This document shows, piece by piece, positions 1 through 18,170 of a DNA stretch of 64,000 bases. Position 1 is the stretch's first letter, and the number at the start of each line of letters is the position of its first letter. Made by a program: the position numbers and the translations under genes. Below the pieces are notes generated by a model. That model made no database searches. It had not been told where the DNA came from and was given only the letters and a program-made list of their open reading frames with translations. This DNA comes from an uncultured Bifidobacteriaceae bacterium. Lineage in GTDB: Bacteria; Acidobacteriota; Vicinamibacteria; Vicinamibacterales; UBA2999. The stretch lies in the NCBI GenBank assembly GCA_964372085.1, contig CAYJPQ010000012.1, positions 694 to 64,693 on the forward strand, given 5' to 3'.

Positions 1-256
1 GGCCCCCGCGAATGAGCACCAGCGAGTGCTCCTGCAGGTTGTGGCCCACGCCCGGGATGTAGGTCGTGACCTCAATCTTGTTGGTCAGGCGAACGCGCGC
101 CACCTTGCGGAGCGCCGAGTTCGGCTTCTTCGGGGTCTGCGTGAACACGCGCACACAGACGCCGCGCTTCTGCGGGCTGTTCTGCAGCGCCGGGCTCTTG
201 GTCTTCCACAAGACCTTGTCGCGTCCTTTACGGACCAGCTGACTAATCGTCGGCAC
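1..256 (-). CDS. rpsL: 30S ribosomal protein S12, first 85 codons (3' end runs off the left edge)
   Basis: Own reverse-strand translation from GTG at 254-256: [85 protein letters not shown], the conserved S12 N-terminus. GGAG lies 5 nt upstream. Absent from the ORF track because no stop lies in the window. Confidence 0.95.
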   Translation of the reverse strand, partial: MPTISQLVRKGRDKVLWKTKSPALQNSPQKRGVCVRVFTQTPKKPNSALRKVARVRLTNKIEVTTYIPGVGHNLQEHSLVLIRGG

Positions 257-532
257 GAGCACTCCACCGCACCGCGGCCGGACGTCTCCGGGCGGCGCAC
301 TCTGGCGAAAAAATCCTCCACGGCCTCCTTGCGGGAAGCTGTGGTGCCCAAGGCCTGAAAGCCCGCCAGATGGCGGCTTGGCACCCCGAGCTGGTAAACC
401 CTACTGCTGTTGTGTTTTCGGCACCGGCGGACGCTTCGTGCTCCGGAGCGGCTCCCCCAGGAGGGGCTCCGCTGTAGCGTCACGGTGCTGTTGAGACTAG
501 ATAGGGTGTCCTAGCCTCACGAGAACCTGACG

Positions 533-562
533 AATATAGCACGGCCCGCCAAACCCACGCAA
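533..562 (-). promoter_or_regulatory. Candidate sigma70-type promoter for rpsL (-35 TTGCGT, 18-nt spacer ending TGC, -10 TATATT)
   Basis: Minus strand reads TTGCGT GGGTTTGGCGGGCCG TGC TATATT. The same architecture occurs upstream of the tRNA operon at 21370-21399. Would give a ~270-nt leader. Confidence 0.45.
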
Positions 563-586
563 GCGTGGTAGCCTTCCCCGCCATGG

Positions 587-622
587 CCCTTGCTTTTACC
601 GTTGCTTTTACCCTTGTTTTGG
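587..622. repeat. 12-nt tandem repeat x3 (CCCTTGCTTTTA / CCGTTGCTTTTA / CCCTTGTTTTGG)
   Basis: Read directly; lies 25-60 bp upstream of the candidate rpsL -35 in the divergent rpsL/TPR intergenic region. Confidence 0.8.
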
Positions 623-743
623 GCCGGTTTCTGGCCGCCGGCGCCACCTCGGCCCGGCCCCCCACCCGCTCGGCCGTCGAGAGCCCCGACGTCACGGCGC
701 TCGGCGATGCGAAGCCCGAGACCAGGCCCGGTCAGTAACCCCC

Positions 744-2147
744 GTGCCGACCCCGACACGACGAGTGACGCTGGTGGTGTCCGCCGACGCGAACATGGCG
801 GCGCGGGACGCTGACAGGCGGCGCAACCGCTGGACCGACGCGCATCCGGGCGGACAGGTGGTGGCCGCGCCTCCGGCCGCGGAGTGGCCGTTTCGTTATC
901 CGCCGGTGCCGCCGCTGCCGGCCGGTTCCCTGCTGGTGCGCGTCGACGCGCTGCACGAGGCGTTCGTCAACCACCAGCGGGGCGCCACGCGCCTCGTCAC
1001 GACGCAAGCCACGTACACTTCCGAGGTGTGGCACCAGGCGCTCGCCGCCCACGGCGGCGCGCAGGTGCTGGCCACGGCCGATCCCGACGCGCTGCGCGCG
1101 CACGCGCCAGAGGTGCTCGAGCGTCGCGGGCCCTGGGCGGACGTAGACGTCGTGATCCTTGAAGGCGAGGGTGCGCAGGGTGCACAGGGTGCACAGGGTG
1201 CACAGGGTGCACAGGGTGCACAGGGTGCACGGGGTGCACGGGGTGCACGGGGTGCACGGGGTGCACGGGGTGCACAGGGTGCACGGGGTGCACGGGGTGC
1301 ACTCGGTGCCACAAGCACAGCCGCGCTTCTCGCGCGGGCGTTTCGCGTGGACGATTCCGGCGAGCGGCTGCGGCGGTGTGTAGAGGCGCTCGCGCTCGGG
1401 CGCACGCCGCCGGCGCTGGTGGCCGCGGCCAGCGCGTGCATGGAGGTGCACGACCTGGCCACCGCCGCGCGCGACCTCGACGAGGCCCTGGCCCTCGCCC
1501 CCGAGTGGCCGGCCGCCCATTTCGAACGCGGAAAGCTGTGGCTGCGCACCGACGACATGGCGCGCGCGAGCGAGTCCTTTCGGGCCACGGTGGACCGCCT
1601 ACCCGGGTTCGAGTCGGCCTGGGCCAACCTCGGCGCGACCCTGGGCGAGCTCGATCGTCCCGACGAGGCGCTGGCGGCGTTCGAACGAGCCCTGGCGCGC
1701 GACCCGAAGAGCCACCAGGCGCTCAACAACGTGGGCGTCGCCCAGCGGGAACTGGGCCGGCTGAGCCATTCGGAGGCCGCCTTCCGAACGGTAATTCAAC
1801 TGGCCCCCAATCTGGCCGTTGGCCATTACAATCTGGGACATACCCTGTTTTTGCAGGGCCGGTACCAAGCCGCCCTGTCAGCGTATGCCGAGGGCCAGGC
1901 CCGCGACCCGGAGCGCAACCCGGTGCAGGCGTCGCGGCTTGCGCTCTGCCGCGTGGCCACCGGCGATGCCGCGGGGGCCTTGAACGAGTTGGAGCGGGCC
2001 ACCGGGCCGCTGTCGGGCGAGTACCGTCGGCAATTGCTGGCCGATACGAGCGCGATCTTGTGGGCCGTCATCACGGCGCAGCCGGCGCTGCAGGGATGGC
2101 AACCCGTGCACGAATGGCTGACCCGGGAACTCGCCAGGCCGGTGTGA
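744..2147 (+). CDS. TPR-repeat protein with unknown N-terminal domain and an internal (Gly-Ala-Gln/Arg)15 linker
   Basis: 467-aa ORF (GTG start). G/C-rich third positions are continuous on both sides of the repeat. The C-terminal half has TPR-like units ([90 protein letters not shown]). Confidence 0.75.
   Translation: MPTPTRRVTLVVSADANMAARDADRRRNRWTDAHPGGQVVAAPPAAEWPFRYPPVPPLPAGSLLVRVDALHEAFVNHQRGATRLVTTQATYTSEVWHQALAAHGGAQVLATADPDALRAHAPEVLERRGPWADVDVVILEGEGAQGAQGAQGAQGAQGAQGARGARGARGARGARGAQGARGARGALGATSTAALLARAFRVDDSGERLRRCVEALALGRTPPALVAAASACMEVHDLATAARDLDEALALAPEWPAAHFERGKLWLRTDDMARASESFRATVDRLPGFESAWANLGATLGELDRPDEALAAFERALARDPKSHQALNNVGVAQRELGRLSHSEAAFRTVIQLAPNLAVGHYNLGHTLFLQGRYQAALSAYAEGQARDPERNPVQASRLALCRVATGDAAGALNELERATGPLSGEYRRQLLADTSAILWAVITAQPALQGWQPVHEWLTRELARPV
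1170..1304. repeat. 9-bp tandem repeat GGTGCACRG x15, in frame inside the TPR CDS
   Basis: Counted: 1 GGTGCGCAG, 5 GGTGCACAG, 5 GGTGCACGG, 1 GGTGCACAG, 2 GGTGCACGG, 1 GGTGCACTC. Encodes GAQx6 GARx5 GAQ GARx2 GAL. Confidence 0.95.
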
Positions 2148-2157
2148 GGAAAGGCGT

Positions 2158-3900
2158 ATGAGTGGCGGCACCAGCCCCAACCCAGTGAGCACGTTCATCC
2201 GCGACCGGGGCATCCGCCTGGCGGCCGGCCTCGCGGTGGTGGTGGCCATCCCCATGGCCGTGCTGTTCTACTTCCAGTTCCGCTCGCTGGCCGATCTCGA
2301 GACCACCTCCGCGGTGGTGCTTCGCCAGCTCTCCACCGACACGGCCGAGTCGCTCACCCGCGCGCTGGAGGACCACATGAAGCGGCCGCACATCTCGGTG
2401 CTGCTGCGCGTGCCCCAGGCCAGGACCGAGCCCCTCGACTTCGCCTGGCTCGATCCGATCATGGCCGAGGCGCTCCAGGAGAGCCCGTTTGTCGAGTCGT
2501 TCTACGTGTGGACCGAGCAGGGCCCACAGGCCAACCGCTGGCTGTCGTTCGACAAGACCAGCGCCGCCCTGCCGCCTGCCGGCCCGATCTACCGCTTCCG
2601 CGAGGACGCCGAACTGGGGCGGCGCCTCCTCCCGCGCCTGCAGGAGATGGCCAGGATGCGCATGGCCATCGTGGCGTTCACCGACGAAGGGGGCGGCCAC
2701 CGGCACTACGTGCAGGCCCAGTTGCGCTTCGAGGGCCCGGCGCGCCAGCGCATGACGAGCGTCATCGCGTTCGCGGTGGACGCCGACCAGCTGCGCGCCG
2801 AGTACGTGCCGGCGCTGCTGCGCGACCGGCTGGCCACGGTGCAGCAGCCGACGGGGTTCCCGCCGCTCGAGATCGAGGTGCTCGGCGAGGCGGGCGAGCA
2901 CGTGTTCATGTCGAACCCGCACCGCACCGAGAAGGCGGTGGACGAGCGCACCTTCCCCATCATCTTCTTCGACAAGGAGCTGCTCGAGTTCGCCGCGCCC
3001 TACGAGGAGCACCGGGAGATCTGGCGCCTGCGCACGGGCTACGGGCCGCTCGGCATCCCCGAGATCGTGAGCGCGAGCACGCGCCCGCAGCTGGTGCTGA
3101 TGGCGGTGCTGGCGGTGGCAATGGCGCTCGGCGTGTTCCTGGCGGCGGGGGCCGCCGCCCGCGAGGTGCGCGTGGCCGAGCTCAAGAGCAACTTCGTGGC
3201 GTCGGTGTCGCACGACCTCAAGACGCCGCTGGCGCTCATCCAGCTGTTCGCCGAGACGCTGGAGCTCGGCCGGGTGCGCACGCCCAAACGCGCGCAGGAG
3301 TACTACGGCATCATCAACGGCGAGGCCAAGAAGCTGACGCGCCTCATCGAGAACATCCTCGACTTCTCGCGCATGGAGGCCGGGCTGCGGCCCTACCGGA
3401 TGGAGCCCGCCAGCCTCGGCGAGGCGGTCACGAAGGTGCTGGCGCGCATGGAGAACCAGCTGGCGCAGGCCACGTTCTCGGTCACCACCCGCATCGAGCC
3501 CAACCTGCCGCGCGTGCTCGCCGACGAGGGCGCCACCGAGCAGGCGATCGAGAACCTGCTGGCCAACGCCATGAAATACAGCGGCGACGCACGGGCCATC
3601 GAGGTCACCGTGTCGCGCGCGGGCGGGCACGTGCTGGTGACCGTGCGCGACCACGGCATCGGCATCCCCAGCCGCGAGCAGGGCCGCATCTTCCGCAAGT
3701 TCTACCGCGTGCAACGCGATCTCGGCGGGGGCCCGCAGGGCACGGGCCTCGGCCTGGCGATTGTCGACCACACCATGCGCGGGCACGGCGGCTTTGTCCG
3801 CGTGACGAGCGAGCCCGGCCAGGGCAGCACGTTCTCCCTGCACTTCCCCATTCCGGCCGAGCCGGAGTTCGAGGCCGCCCTCGTGGAGCGTACGTCGTGA
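2158..3900 (+). CDS. Sensor histidine kinase (two TM segments, ~290-aa periplasmic domain, HisKA + HATPase_c)
   Basis: 580-aa ORF. H-box SHDLKTPLALIQLFAETL, N-box ENLLANAMKYS, G-boxes DHGIGIP and GTGLGLAIV. GAGGAAAGG lies upstream of the ATG. Confidence 0.9.
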   Translation: MSGGTSPNPVSTFIRDRGIRLAAGLAVVVAIPMAVLFYFQFRSLADLETTSAVVLRQLSTDTAESLTRALEDHMKRPHISVLLRVPQARTEPLDFAWLDPIMAEALQESPFVESFYVWTEQGPQANRWLSFDKTSAALPPAGPIYRFREDAELGRRLLPRLQEMARMRMAIVAFTDEGGGHRHYVQAQLRFEGPARQRMTSVIAFAVDADQLRAEYVPALLRDRLATVQQPTGFPPLEIEVLGEAGEHVFMSNPHRTEKAVDERTFPIIFFDKELLEFAAPYEEHREIWRLRTGYGPLGIPEIVSASTRPQLVLMAVLAVAMALGVFLAAGAAAREVRVAELKSNFVASVSHDLKTPLALIQLFAETLELGRVRTPKRAQEYYGIINGEAKKLTRLIENILDFSRMEAGLRPYRMEPASLGEAVTKVLARMENQLAQATFSVTTRIEPNLPRVLADEGATEQAIENLLANAMKYSGDARAIEVTVSRAGGHVLVTVRDHGIGIPSREQGRIFRKFYRVQRDLGGGPQGTGLGLAIVDHTMRGHGGFVRVTSEPGQGSTFSLHFPIPAEPEFEAALVERTS

Positions 3901-4580
3901 GCAAACGGATCCTGGTGATCGAAGATGAGCCGCAGATGCGGATGGGCCTGCGCGACAACCTCGAGCTCGAGGGCTACGAGGTGGACACCGCCGCCGACGG
4001 CGACGAGGGGCTGGCCAAGGCCGCCGCTTTCGCGCCCGACCTGGTGCTGCTCGACGTGATGCTGCCCAGGAAGAACGGCTTCGACGTGTGCCGCGAGCTG
4101 CGCGCCAGGTCGGCCGCCACTCCCATCGTGATGCTCACCGCGCGATCGGCCGAAACCGACAAGGTGCTCGGCCTCGAGCTGGGCGCGGACGACTACGTGA
4201 CCAAGCCCTTCTCCCTCACCGAGCTGCTCGCGCGCGTGCGGGCGGTGCTGCGGCGGACGGGAGGCCAGACACCCGCCGCCGACGCGCTGCGCATCGGCGA
4301 CCTCGAGGTGGACTTCAAGCTGCACCAGGCGCGGCGCGGCAAGGCCCGCGTGGAGTTCACGGCCCGCGAATTCGATCTGCTGCGCTACTTCGTCCAGCAC
4401 ACCGGGCAGGTGGTGACGCGCGAGCAGATCCTGAACGAGGTGTGGGGCTACGAGGAGTTCCCCACCACGCGCACGATCGACAACTTCGTCGCCAAGCTGC
4501 GCCAGAAGATCGAGCGCTCCCCGCACGCCCCCGAACACATCCTCACGATTCACGGCTCGGGCTACAAGTTCGTGGGATGA
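3897..4580 (+). CDS. OmpR/PhoB-family response regulator
   Basis: GTG at 3897 overlaps the kinase stop (GTGA). VSKRILVIEDEP...DLVLLDVMLP...DDYVTKPF receiver domain plus a winged-helix C-terminus (TIHGSGYKFVG). It is the in-frame tail of track ORF 2508..4580. Confidence 0.9.
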   Translation: MSKRILVIEDEPQMRMGLRDNLELEGYEVDTAADGDEGLAKAAAFAPDLVLLDVMLPRKNGFDVCRELRARSAATPIVMLTARSAETDKVLGLELGADDYVTKPFSLTELLARVRAVLRRTGGQTPAADALRIGDLEVDFKLHQARRGKARVEFTAREFDLLRYFVQHTGQVVTREQILNEVWGYEEFPTTRTIDNFVAKLRQKIERSPHAPEHILTIHGSGYKFVG

Positions 4581-4586
4581 TGGCGC

Positions 4587-4826
4587 GGATAGGGGTTATC
4601 CACAGATTGCGCCGATGACGCAGATTTCTTTCTGCGCGTGAGGCCGGCGCTGGCGGCGAAGCCGCCGACAGCGCAAGCCAGAGGGCCCGGACATGAGCCG
4701 GCTGTGAATGGTCGTGCCGGTTCATGTCCGGGCCCTCTGGCTTGCGCAGGCGCGCCTCCGGCGCGCCACGCCGGCCTGCGATCCACAATCGGTGGAATCG
4801 GCGAAATCTGTGGATGACCCCATCCT
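4587..4826. repeat. ~240-bp nested palindromic element (MITE-like), terminal inverted repeats ~25-30 bp, inner 32-bp inverted repeat
   Basis: Arms: 4592-4616 GGGGTTATCCACAGATTGCGCCGAT vs the reverse complement of 4797-4821, GGGGTCATCCACAGATTTCGCCGAT (2 mismatches). Inner arms 4671-4702 and 4716-4747 have 1 mismatch and a 13-nt loop. Confidence 0.6.
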
Positions 4827-4850
4827 GCCAATCCCGGTAGAATCCGCGTA

Positions 4851-5756
4851 ATGGATCCCAAGACGCTGCTCCTGGCCGGCCTCATCCTGATCGCCGTCGT
4901 GTACTTCCTGTTCTGGTCCACCACGGTCCGCCGGCACCGCGCCGCCATGAAGAACCCGCCGCCGATCGCGCCGACGCCGCTGCAGATGGCCATCTCGTTC
5001 GTGGCCAACTTCTTCGACACGTTGGGCATCGGGTCGTATGCCACGACCACGTCCATGCTGCGGTTCTGGAAGGTCATCCCCGACGAGAAGATCCCCGGCA
5101 CCCTCAACGTGGGCTACGTGCTGCCCACCGTCGTCCAGGCCCTCATCTACATCACCATCGTCGAGGTGGAGTTCGGGACGCTGGTGGCCATCATCGGATC
5201 GGCGGTGGCCGGGGCCTGGCTCGGGGCGGGCGTGGTGTCGCGCCTCGAGCGGCGGCAGGTGCAGATCGGCATGGGCTTCGCCCTGGTGGGCGCCGCCGGC
5301 CTGATGCTGGCCTCGCTCACGGGCATCGGCCCGGCGCCCGGCGTCGCCCTCGGCGTGGCCGGCGCCAAGCTCGGCCTGGCCGTGGCCATTTCCACCGTGC
5401 TCGGGGCGCTCATGATGCTCGGCATCGGCTACTACGCCCCCTGCCTCATCATGATCAGCCTGCTCGGCATGAACCCCACCGCCGCCTACCCCATCATGAT
5501 GGGCGCGTGCGCATTCCTGATGCCGGTCGGCAGCATCCAGTTCATCCGGCGGGAGGCGTACGACCTGCGCACGGCAATCGGCATGGTGGTGGGCGGGCCC
5601 ATCGCCGTGGTCATTGCCGCTTTCATCGTGAAGTCGCTGCCGCTCGACACGGTGCGCTGGCTGGTGGTGGGGGTGGTGCTCTACACGGCCGCCGGCATGC
5701 TCCGAACCGCCGCGCTCGAGCGCGCCGTCAAGGTGGCCACGTCACCGACGGCCTAG
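4851..5756 (+). CDS. TauE/SafE (DUF81) family anion/sulfite exporter-like membrane protein
   Basis: 301-aa polytopic hydrophobic ORF. Glycine-rich TM segments and overall pattern are typical of the TauE/SafE family. Confidence 0.8.
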   Translation: MDPKTLLLAGLILIAVVYFLFWSTTVRRHRAAMKNPPPIAPTPLQMAISFVANFFDTLGIGSYATTTSMLRFWKVIPDEKIPGTLNVGYVLPTVVQALIYITIVEVEFGTLVAIIGSAVAGAWLGAGVVSRLERRQVQIGMGFALVGAAGLMLASLTGIGPAPGVALGVAGAKLGLAVAISTVLGALMMLGIGYYAPCLIMISLLGMNPTAAYPIMMGACAFLMPVGSIQFIRREAYDLRTAIGMVVGGPIAVVIAAFIVKSLPLDTVRWLVVGVVLYTAAGMLRTAALERAVKVATSPTA

Positions 5757-5780
5757 TCAACGTGAGATTGGCTACGGGGC

Positions 5781-5826
5781 GCCGGGATTTCAGTCCCGGC
5801 GTCTGGCCGGGGCTGAAGCCCCGGCC
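5781..5826. terminator. Two GC-rich hairpins between convergent genes (GCCGGGA-TTTCAG-TCCCGGC and GGCCGGGGC-TGAA-GCCCCGGCC)
   Basis: Perfect 7-bp and 9-bp stems read directly. The second is the same unit that is triplicated at 31719-31817. No T-run. Confidence 0.4.
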
Positions 5827-5850
5827 CTCCACGCGTCAGTATCCTCTCCC

Positions 5851-7143
<1,293 letters not shown>

Positions 7144-7290
7144 GGCATCGCTCCTTCGGTGAAGGCCGGGGTAGGGCCACCGATAGCGATTGCAACGAAC
7201 ATGCCGGGGTGACGCTTCAGGAAAATGCGGCCACGGATAAGCCAGAGGATGTCATTACTGAAATCGACACACCCGAATTGTCATTGGCTT

Positions 7291-7334
7291 GAAAGACAAA
7301 AGGCACGAAGAGTGTGAGGTGACCTCTTCGTGCC
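7291..7334 (-). terminator. Rho-independent terminator of rpoC
   Basis: Minus strand reads GGCACGAAGAG-GTCACCTCACA-CTCTTCGTGCC followed by TTTTGTCTTTC, 24 nt after the rpoC stop. Confidence 0.75.
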
Positions 7335-7353
7335 CGTCGTGTTCTTCGTGGTT
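7323..7353 (-). repeat. Copy 1 of dispersed ~32-nt repeat AACCACGAAG-AWCRCGAMGG-KCACGAAG (CACGAAG decamers)
   Basis: Minus strand AACCACGAAGAACACGACGGGCACGAAGAGG. Aligns with 30472-30504 (minus) and 45715-45746 (plus). Confidence 0.8.
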
Positions 7354-7357
7354 GCCT

Positions 7358-15883
<8,526 letters not shown>

Positions 15884-15908
15884 GCGTCGCTCGGGGCCCG
15901 GGTCAAGA

Positions 15909-15954
15909 GAAAAACGAGTACAACGGACACCGGGGCTCGCCCCCGGCGTCCGTC
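15909..15954 (-). terminator. rplL-rpoB intercistronic hairpin (candidate attenuator)
   Basis: Minus strand ACGGACGCCGGGG-GCGAG-CCCCGGTGTCCGT (13-bp stem, one G-U), then TGTACTCGTTTTTC. An attenuator at this position is known in E. coli. Confidence 0.45.
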
Positions 15955-15982
15955 ACACACACGATCCGCGTCGGTCGACGAT

Positions 15983-16375
<393 letters not shown>

Positions 16376-16399
16376 TGCTGCTCTCTCCTTAAGAAAAAC

Positions 16400-16441
16400 G
16401 GGCTTCGGGTCCTGGCTTCGGGCTCTGGGCTCTAGGCCTGG
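16400..16441. repeat. Degenerate heptamer array (GGCTYYG-like x6) filling the rplJ-rplL spacer
   Basis: gggcttc gggtcct ggcttcg ggctctg ggctcta ggcctgg, read directly. Confidence 0.6.
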
Positions 16442-16445
16442 GCCC

Positions 16446-16973
16446 CTACGATTCCTTGCGTTTCTGCTCGGCCTGCGCCAGCACGCTCATCAGGTCGCGC
16501 GGCACGGCGTTCAGCACGCGCACCAGGTTGACCATCGGCGCCTGCAACAGGAAGAGCAGCTTCGCGTACAGTTCGGGCTTGCCCGGCAGGCTGGCGAGGC
16601 TCGTCACCTCGGCCGCCTTGAGGGCCTGGCCCTGCACCACCGCCGCCTTGATCTGCAGCGACGGGGCGATCTTCATGAAGGCCGTCAGCGCCTTGGCGAG
16701 CGCCACCGGGTCCCGGGCCGTGTAGGCCACGGCGGTCGTGCCCTCGAAGTGCGCCTCGAGGCTCTCGAACGTCGTGCCCTTCAGGGCGCGCTTCGCCAGC
16801 GAGTTCTTCACCACCTTGTAGCTGGCCTTCGCCTTCCGCAGCTCGCGGCGCAGCTCGGTGACCTGCGGGACGTTGATGCCCTTGTAGTCCAGCAGGATGG
16901 CCACGTCGGCCCCCTGGAACATCCCCTCGAGCATCTGCAGCTCGGCGGTCTTGTCGGCTCGTGTCACTGCCAT
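16446..16973 (-). CDS. rplJ: 50S ribosomal protein L10
   Basis: 175-aa ORF between rplA and rplL with typical L10 sequence. Only 3 nt separate it from the rplA stop. Confidence 0.93.
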   Translation of the reverse strand: MAVTRADKTAELQMLEGMFQGADVAILLDYKGINVPQVTELRRELRKAKASYKVVKNSLAKRALKGTTFESLEAHFEGTTAVAYTARDPVALAKALTAFMKIAPSLQIKAAVVQGQALKAAEVTSLASLPGKPELYAKLLFLLQAPMVNLVRVLNAVPRDLMSVLAQAEQKRKES

Positions 16974-16976
16974 GGG

Positions 16977-17696
16977 TTATGCGCCTCCGCCTTGCTTCTT
17001 CGCGGACGCTTCCACGCCGCTCTCATCAATCTTCACGCCGGGGCCCATCGTCGACGACACGGTGATGCTCCGCAGGTACTTGCCCTTCGCGGCGGCCGGC
17101 TTGGCGCGCACGATGCTCTCGATGAGCGCCGTGGCGTTGTCGACCAGGTTCTGCGACGAGAACGACGTCTTGCCCACCGGCGCGTGCACGATGCCGGTCT
17201 TGTCGACGCGGAACTCCACCTTGCCGGCCTTGATTTCCTTCACGGCCTGCGCCACGTTGGGCGTCACCGTGCCGGTCTTGGGGTTGGGCATCAGGCCGCG
17301 GGGCCCGAGCACCTTGCCCAGCTTGCCCACCGCGCGCATCATGTCGGGCGTGGCCACCACCGCGTCGAACGCGGTCCAGCCGCCGTTGATCTTCTCGACC
17401 AGCTCCTCGCCGCCCACGATGTCGGCGCCCGCCTCCTGCGCCTCCTTCTGCTTGTCGGGGCCCGCGATCACGAGCACGCTCTTCGACTTGCCCAGGCCGT
17501 GCGGCAGCACGACGGTGCCGCGCACCATCTGGTCGGCGTGCTTCGGGTCGACCCCGAGGCGGATGGACAGGGCGATGGTCTCGTCGAACTTGGCGAACTT
17601 GATCTTCTGCACGAGGGGCAGCGCATCCGCGAGGGGATACGGCTTGTTCTCCACCTGCGTGCGCGCCGCCGTGTACTTCTTGCCGTGTGATCTCAT
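16977..17696 (-). CDS. rplA: 50S ribosomal protein L1
   Basis: In-frame ATG at 17696 ([15 protein letters not shown]...) inside track ORF 16977..17744; conserved L1 sequence. Confidence 0.93.
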   Translation of the reverse strand: MRSHGKKYTAARTQVENKPYPLADALPLVQKIKFAKFDETIALSIRLGVDPKHADQMVRGTVVLPHGLGKSKSVLVIAGPDKQKEAQEAGADIVGGEELVEKINGGWTAFDAVVATPDMMRAVGKLGKVLGPRGLMPNPKTGTVTPNVAQAVKEIKAGKVEFRVDKTGIVHAPVGKTSFSSQNLVDNATALIESIVRAKPAAAKGKYLRSITVSSTMGPGVKIDESGVEASAKKQGGGA

Positions 17697-17744
17697 GTGT
17701 CTCCAACCGTGGTACCAGCGGGCCGCCTGCGGCGGGCCTCCCAC

Positions 17745-18170
17745 CTATCCGACGACGTCCAGTCCCATGGAGCGGGCCGTGCCCGCCACCGTCCGCACTG
17801 CCGACTCGATCGAGTCGCAGTTGAGGTCGGGCATCTTCAGCTTGGCGATGTCCTCCACCTGCTTCGCGGTGACCGTCCCGACCTTGTTCTTGTTCGGCAC
17901 CGCCGACCCCTTGGCGAGGTTGGCCGCGCGCTTGAGCAGCACCGCCGCCGGCGGCGTCTTGGTGATGAACGTGTACGAGCGATCCGAGTAGATCGTCACC
18001 ACGGCGGGGATGATCAGGCCGTCGTCCTTGGCGGTCTTCGCGTTGAAGGCCTTGACGAAGTCCATGATGTTGACGCCGTGCGGGCCGAGCGCCGTGCCCA
18101 CGGGCGGGGCCGGGGTGGCCTTGCCGGCGGGAATCTGGAGCTTCACCATTGCCTGAACTTTTTTCGCCAT
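17745..18170 (-). CDS. rplK: 50S ribosomal protein L11
   Basis: 141 aa, [38 protein letters not shown]...; start overlaps the nusG stop by 1 nt (TAATG). Confidence 0.95.
   Translation of the reverse strand: MAKKVQAMVKLQIPAGKATPAPPVGTALGPHGVNIMDFVKAFNAKTAKDDGLIIPAVVTIYSDRSYTFITKTPPAAVLLKRAANLAKGSAVPNKNKVGTVTAKQVEDIAKLKMPDLNCDSIESAVRTVAGTARSMGLDVVG

Noticed and set aside
308-313. T6 run on the minus strand in the rpsL leader as an intrinsic terminator or attenuator
   Set aside because: No stable hairpin lies immediately 5' of the T-run. The adjacent CCTCC motifs are direct repeats, not inverted ones. I therefore do not call a terminator, only a structured leader.
340-420. Possible SRP (4.5S) RNA, because the minus strand contains GTTTACCAG as in E. 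coli 4.5S RNA
   Set aside because: The conserved domain IV core (GGAAGGAAGCAGCC-type symmetric loop) is absent, and the match is only a 9-mer. It is left as an unassigned structured leader.
85-483. 132-aa minus-strand ORF preceded by AAGGAGG + GTG inside the rpsL leader
   Set aside because: It overlaps rpsL out of frame for most of its length and has an Arg/Ser/Cys-rich composition. The Shine-Dalgarno-like motif may be fortuitous. I have no support for a real overlapping gene.
997-1383. Repeat-derived ORFs in other frames or strands (HPVHPV... 997..1314 minus, VHRVHRVH... 1159..1383 plus, CTPCTPCTL... within 732..1520 minus)
   Set aside because: All are alternative readings of the same 9-bp tandem repeat. 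Only the GAQ/GAR frame is continuous with G/C-rich third-position coding sequence on both sides.
2508-3896. First two-thirds of track ORF 2508..4580 (690 aa)
   Set aside because: This part overlaps the histidine kinase gene out of frame and is Arg/Gly/Ala/Pro low-complexity. Only the last 227 codons from GTG 3897 match a response regulator.
4596-4817. Perfect DnaA-box consensus TTATCCACA (4596-4604) plus a TCATCCACA variant on the other strand (complement of 4809-4817): possible oriC?
   Set aside because: There are only two or three boxes, and they are simply the mirrored ends of the palindromic element. There is no AT-rich unwinding region and no dnaA or dnaN nearby. The location between a regulator and a permease gene does not fit an origin.
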